NCBI RefSeq assembly: GCF_016433145.1
Contig: NC_058131.1
Span: forward strand, 551,797,608-551,861,607
From: Gracilinanus agilis
Lineage: Eukaryota
Direction: 5' to 3'
DNA: 64,000 nt
The position numbers were made by a program, and so were the translations under genes. A model generated the notes under the pieces. That model was given only the letters and a program-made list of their open reading frames with translations. It did no database searches and was not told the origin of the DNA. Shown here piece by piece: positions 11,586 through 34,187 of this stretch; the first letter of the stretch is position 1; the number at the start of each line of letters is the position of its first letter.

Positions 11586-13074
11586 TCTCATTTTTTTTAA
11601 TGCAAATTCCTCCATATTCATACTTAAATATTCCCAGACTCATCTCCACCCCAGTTTGATACTGTTTAGCTTCCTTAAGTATTTTACATCTTTTCCTTCT
11701 TTTCTTTGACTCCTTATCCCCAGGCTTGAACTTAATATCCTTTTCCCCACTTCTCTTTCCTGTTCTTAGAGTAGGATGGCTGGATCAATAAATGGGAGAT
11801 CCACTAAATGACAACTGTGTGTTCAGCAGTTAGAACTCTTCTAACTTTCATATCTCGGGTTCCTGCTCCCTTCATCTAGTCTCTTTTCCGCATCCTCATC
11901 TCCATCCTGTTCATGTTCCCATTCTCCTTCCCCAGTCCTGGGTTATCCTGTATTTCCCCCCATACACTCCTTTCCCTTGTTAAAGGTGGCTGGTATGAGA
12001 CTCTGAGCTGATCAGTCCTTCTGAGCTTGTTTAGTATGGCTCCTTCAGTCCATTAGCAGCTTATCACTTCCCCCCATCAACCCTCTACATCTCCTTTCAT
12101 CCCAATAGTAAACAACAGGATCAGGGTCGACCTGACAGATGCCTGGTGTTAGAGCAATGTCTGGCTAGGCCAGGAGAAAGGGCTTGACCTGAGAGCCTCC
12201 TCTCATCCTGAATTGTGCTCCTGGATCTTGATATTGAATATCCTTAATAAAGAGATGTTCACAAATGTGTGTTTCGTGTTTCTTAACTTCATGTTTCATG
12301 TGGGGTGTTCCTTCAAAGTCTCCTTGGCATAGTGGGAAGAGAACTGGATTTGGAATCAGAAGACCTAGATTCAAATCTTAGCTTTTCCACTTACTTCCTG
12401 TGGCTTTGTATAAGTCATCTAACTTTTCAGGGTTTTAGTTTCCTCATCTATAAAAAAAAAGGGCTTAGGAGAACTAGATGACTTCTAAGATTCTTTCCAG
12501 TTCTAAAGCTATGATCTTTGTTGTATAAAGAGATACATCCTTGAGCCCCATGATTTGTTGTTAGCTGGATCCTGCATGTTCTTGATCCTAGCAAGCTCAC
12601 TGATTCCGGGGGTCTAGCATGGTGTACTGAAGGGCTTAAATATTTATTGCACTTGAATTTGAATGTACCTGTATATTCTGAATGGTGCTATTAGAGAGTC
12701 AGAGATAGAGAGGAGCAGTTAAAGAGAGTGATGGAGACAAGCTCAAAGAAATGGAGGAATTAAGAAAAGCAAAACTAGTTATAGGAAGACACAAAGAGAA
12801 ATTGGGCGCCATGCAGCAGAGACCAAAACTGAGGGTCACCTAATATAGGTGTTTGTAGCCTAAAACCTAGAGACCCCATGAAGGGACAGAATCCTCCTCT
12901 CTCTTCCCCCTCTACCAAAGTACTCTAAAGACTCCAAAGTACTCATCCTTGCAAGCTTCCACTGTCAACATACCTTAGGTTTGTAGACTGATGAACCCCA
13001 GGCATTGAATGGAGCCCACGAATCTGTCTGGGACTAGGTGTAGTAAACTCCATTGGGGAGAGTATGTAGGGGGG

Positions 13075-13259
13075 CAGCTGGTTACAAGGAGGAAACATTA
13101 ACCCCTGGTTTATGTTTCACATTTGTAAAGATTCATTTAAACAATGCCTGACAGCTTTAAACAGTTCCCTGACTAATTCCTGGTGCCCCCTTGCCAATCT
13201 TTTACTTTGGGATGATATCCCTAAGAGGTGTTATAGGATTAGTCAAAGAATGTAGGTCA
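13075..13259. promoter_or_regulatory. Candidate NRL photoreceptor enhancer (RORE + OTX2/CRX site + E-box)
   Basis: GGATTA 13236-13241, AATGTAGGTCA 13249-13259 (full RORE consensus), CAGCTG 13075-13080, in non-repetitive DNA. Confidence 0.6.
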
Positions 13260-14589
13260 CCTCCCTCCCCTTCCTCCAATCCTCTCTGGCCCATGATAGG
13301 AAAGGAAGGATGTGGCCATCTGGGAATGAGGAGAGAGGAATGGATAGGTAGACAGATAAAGAGGAGAGAAGGAAATAGACATTTTCATTTTCTATCTTTA
13401 TTGCTGGTAGATCTCTAGGTCCCTTAGCTCACTAAAGAGACGTCTCTACTTCATTTACCATCTCTTTTTTTTTTCTCCAAAGTGTATATAGGCTTTCTTG
13501 TCCTGAATACTTGCCCTGAGTATTGGGGTGGCAATTTCTCCTCCACCCCTCATAAAGGGCAGTGGTTATTTTTCTGATGTGCCTCAAGGTCTGACTTTAC
13601 TTACTGTCCAGTAGTAGATGGATCAATCAATTGGAAGGAAGAAGGATGAGAATTCCTGAAAAAAGGAAGCAAATACCAGTGAGCCTGGTGATGTTGGGTG
13701 GACCAAACTTGTTCTACACCAAGACACTGAGGTTAGAGAGGGTGTGTGGGTTTGGTTGGTAAGAGAGGGCAGCAGAATCCAGAAAGCTGGAGAAATCTGT
13801 GGGAAAGAGAGAAAGAGAAGAGGAAGGGAGCATATTGACCCAAAGTTTCCACTTTAGGACTTTGAGTAGCTCCTAGGGCCTGAGGAGTTAATAGGGTGAT
13901 AGTGAGGGGAAGGGGAAGATTCTAGTGCTGGAAAGAGAGAGACTTGCTGGCCAGACATGAGGGACTTAACTTGGGAGGGGTACAGAACCCCCTAAAAACC
14001 TTCTCTGGGTGACAGTCCACTCTTCATCCTCTCAGACTAGGGGTTATGCAAATGAACCTGCTATATCATTGGCTAGAAGTAGGAGAGGAGGGAATGACCT
14101 CACAAGGCTGACTCTTTAAGAGCACCCACTTGAGTTCTGTGTCCATAGCCCCATCCATGCTGAGGACCAGAATTCCTAATTTCTGTTCAATGGAGCCAAT
14201 TATCTTTAGGAAAGTGGTACCTGCCTGTCTATAACTTTGACTGCATATTCTCCATCCATTTCCAAAGTAAGTGTTTTCTGGGGTTGACCTAAACATTGCT
14301 CTCTTTCCTTTCTGATTTGATCTTTTCTGAACTTATATTCCTTACTATCATTCTTCTCTCCTCTTCCCTCCATCTCTCCCTTTCTTCCTCTCTTGCTCTC
14401 ATTTTTGGGTCTAATTCCTCAAGTCTATTTTATGTCTATCTCAGTGTTCCCCAGAGAAGATTGTTTGAAGGGCTCAAGAAAGTGATCAACGACCCACCTG
14501 TGGAACAAGGAGAATGAGGGCCCCTGCTTTTCTCCTCCCTCTTCCTATCTTTTTTCCAATAATGCAGGGTTTTAGTATTGGGTATAATT

Positions 14590-14697
14590 GGATTGTGGAA
14601 AGGAGCTGCTCAAGGTTGGAGCAGGAAGATGGAGCCTGACTCTAAGCACTAGAATCTAGATATGAGGCTCAGCTCCATCTGCCCTTTCTGCGGTATG
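14590..14697 (+). other. Possible non-coding first exon of NRL
   Basis: Unique sequence ending in donor-like ATG|GTGAGA (GT 14698-14699), about 1.9 kb upstream of the coding-exon acceptor; start is a guess. Confidence 0.3.
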
Positions 14698-15639
14698 GTG
14701 AGAGAGCAGTGGACATTCTAAGAAAGGGTCAGCAGCCAAAGCAAATTCAGCTCAAAAGTCATGAAATCATAGCATTTTAGGGCTAGAAAGGCTTTAGTTT
14801 CTTCTGACCCTCATTTTGCAAATGAGGAAATTCATGTTTTGTTCAAGGTCAGACAAGCTGGTCCCCTCCATTCCTAGCAGGGCAGGAGTGAAGGAAGGAT
14901 TAATTTGGCAATCTACACAAGCTAGGCAAGAGGTTGGATGAAATGGAAGGGTGGTTGGTTCATACTGAGCCCTGATCCTTTTTGGAACTGTTCCTGAAGT
15001 CCTTATTTTCTTCTTGGATGACTTCTTCATTCAGTAGAAATTCTCAACCCACTTAAGAGTTGTGTTATCTTCCTGACTTCTTGACTGTGGGTCATAGATA
15101 GATACAGCTACCACCCCCATCTTAAAGGTATTGTGTACAACATACCTAAAGATATGAACATGTTTTTAAATGACAGAAAATTAAGCTTTATTTGATTTTG
15201 AGAATTGATTGAGAACTTCAGAACATCTCTTGGGATAACTAGAGATGCTGACATGTCACAAACTCGGAATTGGGAATTACTGCCATAGAAAAATTTTGTT
15301 TCTCCTTAGAGTTAGTCCTTTAAAAGCCTAGAAGCAAGAGAACTGAGCTGGCTATGGAGTGGAGCTAGGGATACCTTTTCCTCTTCTTTTTGGACTGCAG
15401 ACACACTCCATCAGCATCTGCTCCTTATGGAGACCCTGGACTACCTGGGAGATTAGTCTGGAAATTATAGACTTTTTCTTCTACTTTAAAAAAAAAAAAC
15501 CCTTCTCTTCTCTTTTCTTTTCTTTTGTGTTTTTTTAAAAACTTATTTAATTAATTAATTTAGAATATTTTCTCATGGTTCCATGGTTCATGTTCTTTCC
15601 CTCCCCTCCAACACCCCCCCCCCCCAGCTGAAGCACAAT

Positions 15640-16035
15640 TCCACTGAAACCTTTACCTTCTGTCTTAATATCAGTTTTAAAACAGAAAGGCAGCAAGGGC
15701 TAGGCAATTAGGGTTAAGGGACTCGCTCAGGGTCATACCACCAGTTTGTATATGATTTCAGATTTGAATCCAGGTCCTCCCAACTTCAGTCCTGTTACTC
15801 TAGCCATTGTGCTACCCAACTGCCCCCACAGAATTTTTTTTAAACCCTTACTTTCCGTATTAGAATCACTACTGTGTATTGGTTCCAAGGCAGAAGAGTG
15901 ATAAGGGTTAGGCAATGGGGATTAAGGGACTTGCCCAGGGTCAAACAGCTAGGAAGTATCTGAGGTCACACTTGAACCCAGAACCTCTCATCTCTAAGCC
16001 TGGGTCTCAAATTAACTGAGCCACCTAGCTGTCCC
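15640..16035 (-). mobile_element. Two adjacent SINE1-type SINEs upstream of the NRL coding exon
   Basis: Same family pattern twice. Confidence 0.8.
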
Positions 16036-16636
16036 ATCCCTATAGTCTTTTTTAAAAAACATTTTTATTGATATCTTCTGTTTCTTACTTTATAGTTATG
16101 CCAAGTATCCCTCCCTCTTCCTCTCCTTCCCCCAGAGAGCTATCTCCTATAACAAATAATATTTTTTAGAGAGGAAGAAAAAAACAACATAGCATAACTG
16201 ATCCATATACTGAAAAGGTCTGAAAACACATGGGAGATATAACACTAATGAACCTCCCATCTTCATGAAGGGGTGAGTTAGGAGTCCTTTCCTCTATTCA
16301 TTCTAGTCCTGCTTGATTTTATGATTTAGATATATTTATTTTTATTTTCTGGAGTGTAGTTGTTCTTTACTTTTACATTGTAAAATCATAGATTTTTAAA
16401 ACTAGAAGGGAACCTTAGTGACTATTTAGACCCACTCACAGGAAACTAAGGCTCAGAAAAGTTGAGTGGCTTGCCAAACTTGTCATGACTTTTCCAGGAC
16501 AAAAATCCAGCCCCTTAGTCCTCTTTCCCCAACGATGATACACCTCAGGGCAGGCTCTTTTCAGGCCTCCTCCTCCATTGGCCTCACCTCAACTCCTTGT
16601 CTCTTCTAGGTGGATCCTTGTCACCTAACCCCAGCA

Positions 16637-18433
<1,797 letters not shown>

Positions 18434-18941
18434 ACCCCATCTTTTCGGGGCCCACATACCGGAGGAGCCCACGGGGCAGTATGGCCTCAACGATTGGATA
18501 TCTCTCCCCGGCCTGGCATGTGCCCCTTGGTACATCACATTCGAGGGAGCTTTATTCGTTTTTGTTTGACCCAGAAATATACCTTTAAAGGTCTTCCACT
18601 TAGGATTCCTGATCTCTCCCACAAGAGAAGGGGGTGGGGCGGAATTCCCTCACCCCATTCCTTGGGAGTCAGCGTCCCCCAGCTTTTCTCTCTCTTCTGT
18701 CCTCAGGCCCCAGGTTCCAGGGCCTGCATATAGACACCCTCTAGAGCCCAGAATCCTTGGGTATACAGGGACCAATGGCAAAATTGATGGACTTCCTGGA
18801 GGGGGGCATAGGATTTCTAAGCACCAGGGGATTATAGAGCATGTAACGTAGAGGGTATGCCCTTCCATTTCCTCCACCTCATTTATCTGGGCTTCCATTT
18901 TTTTTCTGCTGGTTTCAGGCATTTTTGAGGTCTTGAGGAAT

Positions 18942-18947
18942 AATAAA
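18942..18947 (+). terminator. Candidate NRL polyadenylation signal AATAAA
   Basis: First AATAAA noticed downstream of the NRL stop (about 510 nt). Confidence 0.5.
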
Positions 18948-20566
18948 CTGCTGGCCAAATCTGAGGGACTGTATCCTAGCTGCCACTTAATTTTTTTTTC
19001 TAAAGTAGAACACTAGATCCAGTGATTTCTCTACTGGGAACCCTTCCTCTCCAAGCAGAGTTCAACAGGAATTCCTATCCAAGATGCTTCTCTCCTCACC
19101 CTTTGAAACTGGCAACCTCAACGGGCCCAGGAGATCGAGAGGGAAGGGTCAGACAAGCTCCATAGCTCAAAAAATGACCAAGAGGAATTTACAGAGGGAA
19201 GCTCCCTACCTCCAGCATCCTGACTCAGAACTCAGAAAGTATGTTGGGCAGATGTGACCCCTAAACATACTAAATGAGTAAGGGAGGGCTTTCATTAGGG
19301 AGGAGCCCTGGACATTTTGAGGGTGTCCCTTCCAGAATTCCCCTTTTAGATCTCTACCTATCTTCTATCATGTGACTATCTTGGACATCCTCAGATACCC
19401 CTGCCTTTTTTTTTCCTTTTTTTTTCAGTGTGAGACTCCTCCAGGGGTGGGAAGGGAGCAGGAAGTAAATTTAAAATGAAAGTTGGGTCAAGTATTTTAA
19501 TACCATTGATCAAAAGCCATTGCATTGAAACACAATTCTATTCTTTGCACCTGCATTGACTCTGCCTTCTGTCTATCTATGTTGGAGAATGAGGCATGTA
19601 GCATGTGTGTTATTTGTGCTGAGGAGCTGAGACTGTCAGGGTGATTCCACCCCCTAGGTCCATGTGAGAGCACTCAGTTATAGATTAGGGACAACCATTG
19701 TCTGTGAACAGGAAGGAGAAACACATGGTCCAAAGTGACCTCAGGTGTGATAGTGATCAGAATGTCTCAGTCTAAGCATCCCTGGGTTGGGGTCTGGTTT
19801 TGGGCACTGGGGTAAGGGTAGGGTTTTATATTTGTCTTTACTCTGCGTAGGTTTTTAAAAAATTGCCCCTTGAAACCTGGATCACTATTCTAGTAACCAG
19901 GAAGTATGAGGAATATGAGAGGACAGAATGGATCAGTGCATACCCCAGAGAGCTAGTTACCTCACCAGCGTTTGCCTTGGGGACAGAACAGGGAGAGGCA
20001 AGGAGAGGCTCACATATGTCTCTTTTCCTCTCTCCCCCTCTCCATCTGTCCCTTTCTCTATCCCTGTGCTTTCCTTCCTCATATCCCTTTCTCTCTTTGT
20101 TTCTCTCCCCTTGTATTTCTCTATCGATGTGTTTTTCTCCATCTTTGGCTCTGTTTTTCTCTTGCTTGTTCATCTTTTTTGCTTTCCCACTACTTTCCTG
20201 GCTGTATCTGTTGCTCTCCATCCTTTCCAGCTAATGTATATGAAGGGACTTGTTACCTCCTGTGCTGGTTCCACCTTCATGGTCTGGAGAACATAGACTG
20301 CTACCGAGGGGCAAAGAATCCTCCACCAAAATGGAAGCACTCCTCTGTTCTCCATGACAGCCACCCTTCCTGTGTCTCAAGCCTGGGCTTTTCTTCCTTC
20401 TTACTGCTTTTTTGTTTTGTCACCCTGACTTGGAGGCATATGGTGTGGAGCCGAGAACAGGATCCAGGGCTACTCTCACCGCATTCCCTCTTAACACTGC
20501 CTGATGAATCACACCAGACATACACCTATAACTGGACAATAGCATCTATGATTTTACCTCATGAAG

Positions 20567-20567
<1 letters not shown>

Positions 20568-20598
<31 letters not shown>
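20568..20598. repeat. (TATC)n microsatellite
   Basis: Direct reading. Confidence 0.9.
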
Positions 20599-21339
20599 CA
20601 CAATTCTTGTTTCTAAAGCACTTCCTGGAAGGACATTCAGAATGACTTTTTAAAGTACACAGACAAAGGCACACACCTAAAGACCCAAAATATAATGATA
20701 TGGAGATATACACCTGTAAGTTTGGACACAGTATAGGAATTAGGCTATGGGACATAGCTATTTCTCAGACCTTGGATATCAAATCACTGCTCTTGATTCT
20801 AAGGTACTCTAGATCTTGATGTTCTTCTGTAAGCTTTCCCTGTAGACCCTCCTCCTTTCTCTCCCTCCACTAGCCTGTTCCACAGCTGTGAGGGGGCTGG
20901 GGGTTTAGTCCCTGGGGAAGCTCAGCTGGGTTTCCCCCCAGAGACAGCTCAGTGAGGGGATCAGCCAACCCCTCTGACAGCCTCTCATTACCCCCCTCTT
21001 TCCTAAAGTTAACCTCCATAGTTAACACTCCTTCTCTCCAACCGCCCCCCACCCATGACCCCCCGGGGACTAGGAGGCAAGATCAGAATGAGGGGTAGGA
21101 ATTTTTCTGTATACCACAGGTGCAGGGTTAGAATAAGAATTGGAAAAGAATCAATTTAGGGGATTAGAAGTAGAGGGAGGCCCTGAATGGAGTCTATAAG
21201 GTTTGGGAACAGCCCTTTCTGATCCTGAGGGGTTGGTTTTGCTTTTTTTCTGCAAATTGCTTCCCTCTCATCCTTGCCTGACCACTCCTTTTCCAACATC
21301 TCCTCCAGTTTCCAGAGGACAAAGTAATGAGGAAAGGCA

Positions 21340-21486
21340 GAATGACTAATAATGGGTCACTTTATTAACAGAGACTTGGGAACTTGGGGGACACTCAGAA
21401 AAGGACTGAGAAGCAATGAAATGGAGACCTGGAGGGCCTGAATGGAAGTGGGATGCAGGATTCCCACAGCTCACTTGCAGGTCTTC
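21340..21486 (-). other. CPNE6: Probable non-coding last exon of CPNE6 (3' UTR)
   Basis: Donor GTGAGT at 21670, acceptor gtgccccag| at 21487, AATAAA at 21366-21361; 3' end approximate. Confidence 0.65.
21361..21366 (-). terminator. CPNE6 polyadenylation signal AATAAA
   Basis: tttatt on + strand downstream of the CPNE6 stop. Confidence 0.75.
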
Positions 21487-21711
21487 CTGGGGCACAGTAG
21501 ATCCAAAAGGTAGAGGCACTGGTCACTCTAGTCACAGGGGACAGAACAGGCACCTGACAGAAAATAGGGGCAATCACAAATCTCTTCCCTGTACCTGGCC
21601 TTCTGCTCAAGGTCTGATTACTTTGCCCCATTCCCAAGTTACCCCTTTCAACACTATGTTTGTGACTCACTGAGAGGTTGAAGGGGGTATCCAGAGTCGC
21701 TGGCTTTAGGG

Positions 21712-29393
<7,682 letters not shown>

Positions 29394-31139
29394 TCATCCC
29401 CTCAAAAAGGTTTTGAACACTGGCATATATTCCTCCTATGGCCTGGCATGTAAAACCCTTTCCTGCTTGTAGAGTATATCCCCATCTCTCCTCTCTCCAC
29501 TCCCCCCCAGGCATGAAACTCCAGAGGGGTGCTCGTGTCCTTAGGGGAACAGAATCTAGAGATCCCAGCTCTGAGCCAGGACTGTCCCTCCCTCTTCTGG
29601 TCTTGGAGGAGAAAGAATATCTCTGCAGAATTCCTGAGCCCTACCTCCCACTGCCCCTCCTCTCCCCTTCCTGAGTGTCAAGGAAACACGGAGAACCCCT
29701 CTGCCTCTTATCCCTCCTGTTCCCCAAATCCTTACTCAGTTAGGTCAAGTTGCCGAGCCTCTCTTGAAATCGGGGTGCTGATCAGAGCCTAGAGAGAGAG
29801 AAAGAAGGGAAACTGAGGGACAGACAGGACTCCCTTGTTCCCAGTTACCTCCAAGAGCCAAGGCATCTGTTTGTCTTCCTCCGGGTCTGGGTGTCCCTTG
29901 TTAGGGGGAAGGGAGTCCTGGCAGCTGTGGTGGATAGTGGGGTCATCGATTTCTCCTTTTTGCTGCCTCAGCGCCTTCTGATCATTTCCCGACTCTAAGC
30001 CAGAGGCTGCACTCAGCCTTGGCAGGAGTGAGCTGGGGTGGGGTGTTCTGGGCCAGAGGCAGTGAATGGGCGACTGAGGCTTGTGGAGGGCTGAGAGTCA
30101 GGGAAGAAGGGGGGCAGGGTCCTCAGGGGGGCTAGGGTCAGATGGCTGGGAGAAGAAGAAGGCTCAGCTCTGGGGTTTGATCTGGGGACTTTTTCCCCTC
30201 CTTTGTCCTTCGGGGGACTGGGGAGTAGTGAAATGGGAAAGTTGGGGTCACAACCTCCCCTCCCACAGATACACACACATTGGAAAAGCTCTCTCTTTGT
30301 CCCTGGCAGGAGCTCCTACTATGACAAACTCTCTCTCCCCAACCCCCCCACCCCAAGATGTTCTCACACTTCCCAGCAGCCTTGGCACTGTCTCTTAGCG
30401 ACAAGGTTTTGGGGGAGCCATGGTTCCCCTCCTCCCTGCCCACTAGGCTCTGTCTAGCTAGGCTCGGCTACCCAGCACCGATACCCAGTCTCGGACTCCA
30501 GCTCTCTCCCACCTCCCCACTTCTGGTGCCAAACCCTTGGGTGGCAGTGGGTAGGTGTATGCCAGGGCCTGAGGAGGGGGTGGGGTTGGGGACCTAGGAA
30601 GTGCATGATTTTGGTGTCTGTTTGTGCCTTGGGGCAATGATGTCTGTGACACCCCCACTCCTTTGTGCCTCTCTACTAGAGTATCAGAAAGTGAGTGTGT
30701 TTTAAGCATATTTTCTTGTGGGTGCACATGGCTTGGTGACTCCAGGGCTATCTGCCCTCTGGATGGTCTATGTCTATTTTCTGTCGGGCATAAATGGCTG
30801 GGTGCCCCTCTTCCCTGTCCCCCCCATTTCCTAGCTGGGTGCCCATCTCCCTGATTGTGTTTCCCTCCCTGGGTGTGTGTGGGAGTGTCTGGGTGTGTTG
30901 CTGGGCTCCAGCATGGGGTGACCCAAACCTCCCCACCTTCTCTCAGGTCTTCTGCTCCCCAGTCTGTGATTTCTTCTCTCTGAGGGGTCCTCAGACCTAA
31001 CCTCCAGGTAGGGGGCATGGGGTGGGGGGAGGAATGGAGCAGGAGGAAATCAGGGATGGGCAACCTTCCTTTGGAGGGTTGGGAGGTATTGCCATGGAGA
31101 CTGGGTCAGGACAGGGGTCCCTGTGGGGGCAGTGCTCAC

Positions 31140-31242
31140 CTGTGGGGGTCTTGGATAATGGGGGGCCTCCCTGGCTCTCTCTTGTCTTGCCGTTCAGCAG
31201 CTCGGCCAGCTCCCTCGCCGCTCCAGCCGCTGGCGCCGGCTG
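31140..31242 (-). other. CPNE6: Probable non-coding first exon of CPNE6
   Basis: GC/CpG-rich segment between ATAAATA (31273-31267) and strong donor CAG|GTGAGC (GT 31139-31138); TSS approximate. Confidence 0.65.
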
Positions 31243-31266
31243 AAGCTCCAGCTCTGTCTCTGCTGC

Positions 31267-31780
31267 TATTTATGGGGCCTGGATGGGGAGGGGTGGGGGG
31301 GCCGGCAGCACAGGCTTCCCCCCCCACAGTCAAGGAGGGGAGGGGCAGGGCCTCCGCCCAGGGAGCTGCAGTGCTTGGGGAGGAGGGTGGGCTGGGGTTG
31401 ATGAGAGCCCAGGACTCCCATGGGTACACTGACACACACGCACACAATCACAGCTAGACATCCTATCACAGTGACATTTGCAGGCACACACAGGGACACA
31501 CGCATAAAATGAGAGAGAAATCAGCACAGCGGCGCTCAAGCTTACACATACCTGACACACACGGTCACCCTCGCTTAAACACGATGGAACAGATGACAGT
31601 TAAAGCCTGTGGGGCAGGCGCACGCAGGCACGGATGGACAGACAGACAAGCGCAGGCACAGAGGCCGACAGACAGAGTGCCACCCCTAGAAGCTCCCGTG
31701 TGCGCGTGGGACCCCCACGCTAATAAGTGGGAGAAGCTCCCGGACATTGCTCGTGACCAGGGCAGCCCGTGATTCAGTAA
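31267..31780 (-). promoter_or_regulatory. CPNE6 promoter and upstream element
   Basis: TATA-like ATAAATA 31267-31273; locally CpG-enriched region with EGR-like, TCGTGA and TGATTCA motifs at 31704-31776. Confidence 0.55.
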
Positions 31781-32399
31781 GAACTGCCATTTGGAGAACA
31801 TTTTAAGGTTTGCAAAGCGCTTTCCTTATTTGTTCCAGGGGCCAACGTGTATTTTGATCCATTACGTGCCCTCCCTCAGATGACACACCGATTCAATTAT
31901 ATGGACGAGTTATGTGCCCCCGGTCACTTTTGCACAGGGTAACAGATACAGTCCCTCCAGGACCCATAATGATGCCAGCTGGAGACGTGGAAAACCAAGG
32001 GCCGGGCTCACAAAATGGGAAGGAACGCTGGGGGACCCACAAACCAATCTGATAAATTCCCTTCCTTCTCTTTCTCTCTCCCATCCCATAGACCTGACAG
32101 AGAGAGAATTAAATTTCAGGTATGGGAAAGGCTTCAGGCCCGGAAGGTCCCATACCACCACCCTCTATTGAAGAGTCTGAGGAAACATCTATGGGCTATG
32201 AAACTCAAGGGAACATGCATTACACACCATCAAGGGTATAGAAAGCCTTTGGGGGCAGTAGGTGGAACAGTGGATGGAGCACCAGATCTGGAGTCAGGAG
32301 GAGCTGGGTTCCAATCTGAAGTTAGACACTTCTTAGCTGTATGGTACAGGGAGGTCACTTAATCCTATTTGCCCAGCCCTTGCCCCTCTGTCTTAGAAT

Positions 32400-32611
32400 N
32401 NNNNNNNNNNNNNNNNNNNNNNNNNNNNNNNNNNNNNNNNNNNNNNNNNNNNNNNNNNNNNNNNNNNNNNNNNNNNNNNNNNNNNNNNNNNNNNNNNNNN
32501 NNNNNNNNNNNNNNNNNNNNNNNNNNNNNNNNNNNNNNNNNNNNNNNNNNNNNNNNNNNNNNNNNNNNNNNNNNNNNNNNNNNNNNNNNNNNNNNNNNNN
32601 NNNNNNNNNNN
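32400..32611. other. Assembly gap (212 N) between CARMIL3 and CPNE6
   Basis: N run adjacent to a SINE end. Confidence 1.
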
Positions 32612-33855
32612 TGGTTCATGCAGAAATGGAACTTAAGTTTGTGATTGATTGATAAAGGAATAAGCCTCTGCAGGATAAGACCCAAAGTTTTCAATAACAG
32701 CACAATGCCTGGCACATAGTAATTACTTAATAAATGATTTCCTTTCATTCAGTGACACACAGCCTAGCATAGTGCAATGAGGTAAATGGCCTATTCTGGT
32801 GCCATTTAGAAGCGGAAGAGTGTAGGTTCAGAGCCCAAAGGGACTTTAAAGGTTATCTAGTCTAACCTATCATTTAACCAAAATGGAAACTGATATATAT
32901 ACACAGTCAGAACTTATGCCCCAAATTACTGTCTCTTCTATAGCATAGTGGGAAAGAGCTTTGGTCTTGGGTTCAACCCTTACCTACCATTTATTACCTA
33001 TAAGACGTCAGGCAAGTCACTTAAATTTCTCTAAGCCTGTTTCTTCATCTATAAAACAAGGGGTCTGGATGATTAGAGGTCAGCAAACAATGGCACTGGC
33101 CAAATCTTTCTCCTTCCCAGAACTTTATTTAAAAATGTAAAAACCATTCTTGCTCTGGTGCAGTACAAAAACAGGTGGCGGCATAGGTTTGGGGCCATAG
33201 TGTGCCAGTTCCAGGACTAGCATGCTCTAAAGGTGCCATCTAGCTCCAAATATACAACCCTCTGCTGCTGAAGGTGTAGAAGGGCCCAGGATAGACCAGC
33301 TTTCAACATGGCACCCAAAGGCCATGAAAACACAACTTCCTCTCACTTAGTACATCTCCAGGCATGGCCATGCCCTACATCCCTCCCCAACTAGGATGCC
33401 ACAACTGTGTACTCAAGACCACACATTAGGCACAGCTTCTGCCCGTCTATCTTCCTTTGTATATGTCCCCCGCCCCACGGGTCTGCTCGTCACTGAACAG
33501 TCCTGCTCCCTCTGTTCCTGTCAAACCCCCATACTGGGGAGGGCACAGATGGTGCATAATTCCTGCCCCTATTGGCTAGGGTACCAGGTAATGGTGTTGC
33601 ATTTTTCCATTTCCTCATCTTCTTCCCATTTTCTCCCTCTCCACCAGAAGTTCCCCCCCTCATTTGAGAGGGGCTGTCTGATTTGCCATTTCTTTTCTCA
33701 GCAGGGAGATGGGTGATTAGACCTGGGCAGCTGCAAAGCTGGGGGAACTGCTGGGAACTGGGGTGACTGTGTCTGTGGGGAGGGGGATGAGACAGCAGGG
33801 TGATGGGGGCAGTGGGTGGCAGAGAGATTCAGAGGCAGGTAATCATTTTGGTTTC

Positions 33856-33861
33856 TTTATT
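33856..33861 (-). terminator. CARMIL3 polyadenylation signal AATAAA
   Basis: tttatt on + strand, about 300 nt past the stop. Confidence 0.75.
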
Positions 33862-34161
33862 CTGTACAAGTGAAGAGAGATCCCCCTTGGGGTAGAGGGA
33901 TGAAGATCCAACCCCCCAACCCCACCCATGAGGAGGGAGAAAAAGCTTCTCCCTCCCCCCACCACCAGAGGAGAAGAGACAGAGACAATCCCCCTCCCGC
34001 TAAGGAGATCTCTCCTCAACTCTCCCCTATCCTCCCCTGCCCCTGTGGGGTCAGGTCGGAGGAGCCTGGGGATACTGGGGGAAGGGGGCATCTGAGTCTC
34101 TGTTAGGCACATGGCTAGGGGGAGGGTCGGGGTGGGGGGAGAAGGTTCACTGAGGGCAGTA

Positions 34162-34187
34162 TCAGTCTGTTCCAAGTTCACTGGTTC
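34162..34187 (-). CDS. CARMIL3: CARMIL3 exon 40 (coding part)
   Basis: ctcccacag|GA ACC AGT GAA CTT GGA ACA GAC TGA = TSELGTD*. Confidence 0.92.

Noticed and set aside
19838-20616. Overlapping ORFs up to 214 aa between NRL and CPNE6
   Set aside because: Come from CT-rich low-complexity DNA; no recognisable domain or splice structure
29849-29886. Possible extra CPNE6 5' exon (donor GAG|GTAACT)
   Set aside because: Acceptor lacks a proper pyrimidine tract; no other support
30458-31063. 201-aa ORF in CPNE6 intron 1
   Set aside because: GC-rich, stop-poor DNA; no homology recognised and no fitting splice sites
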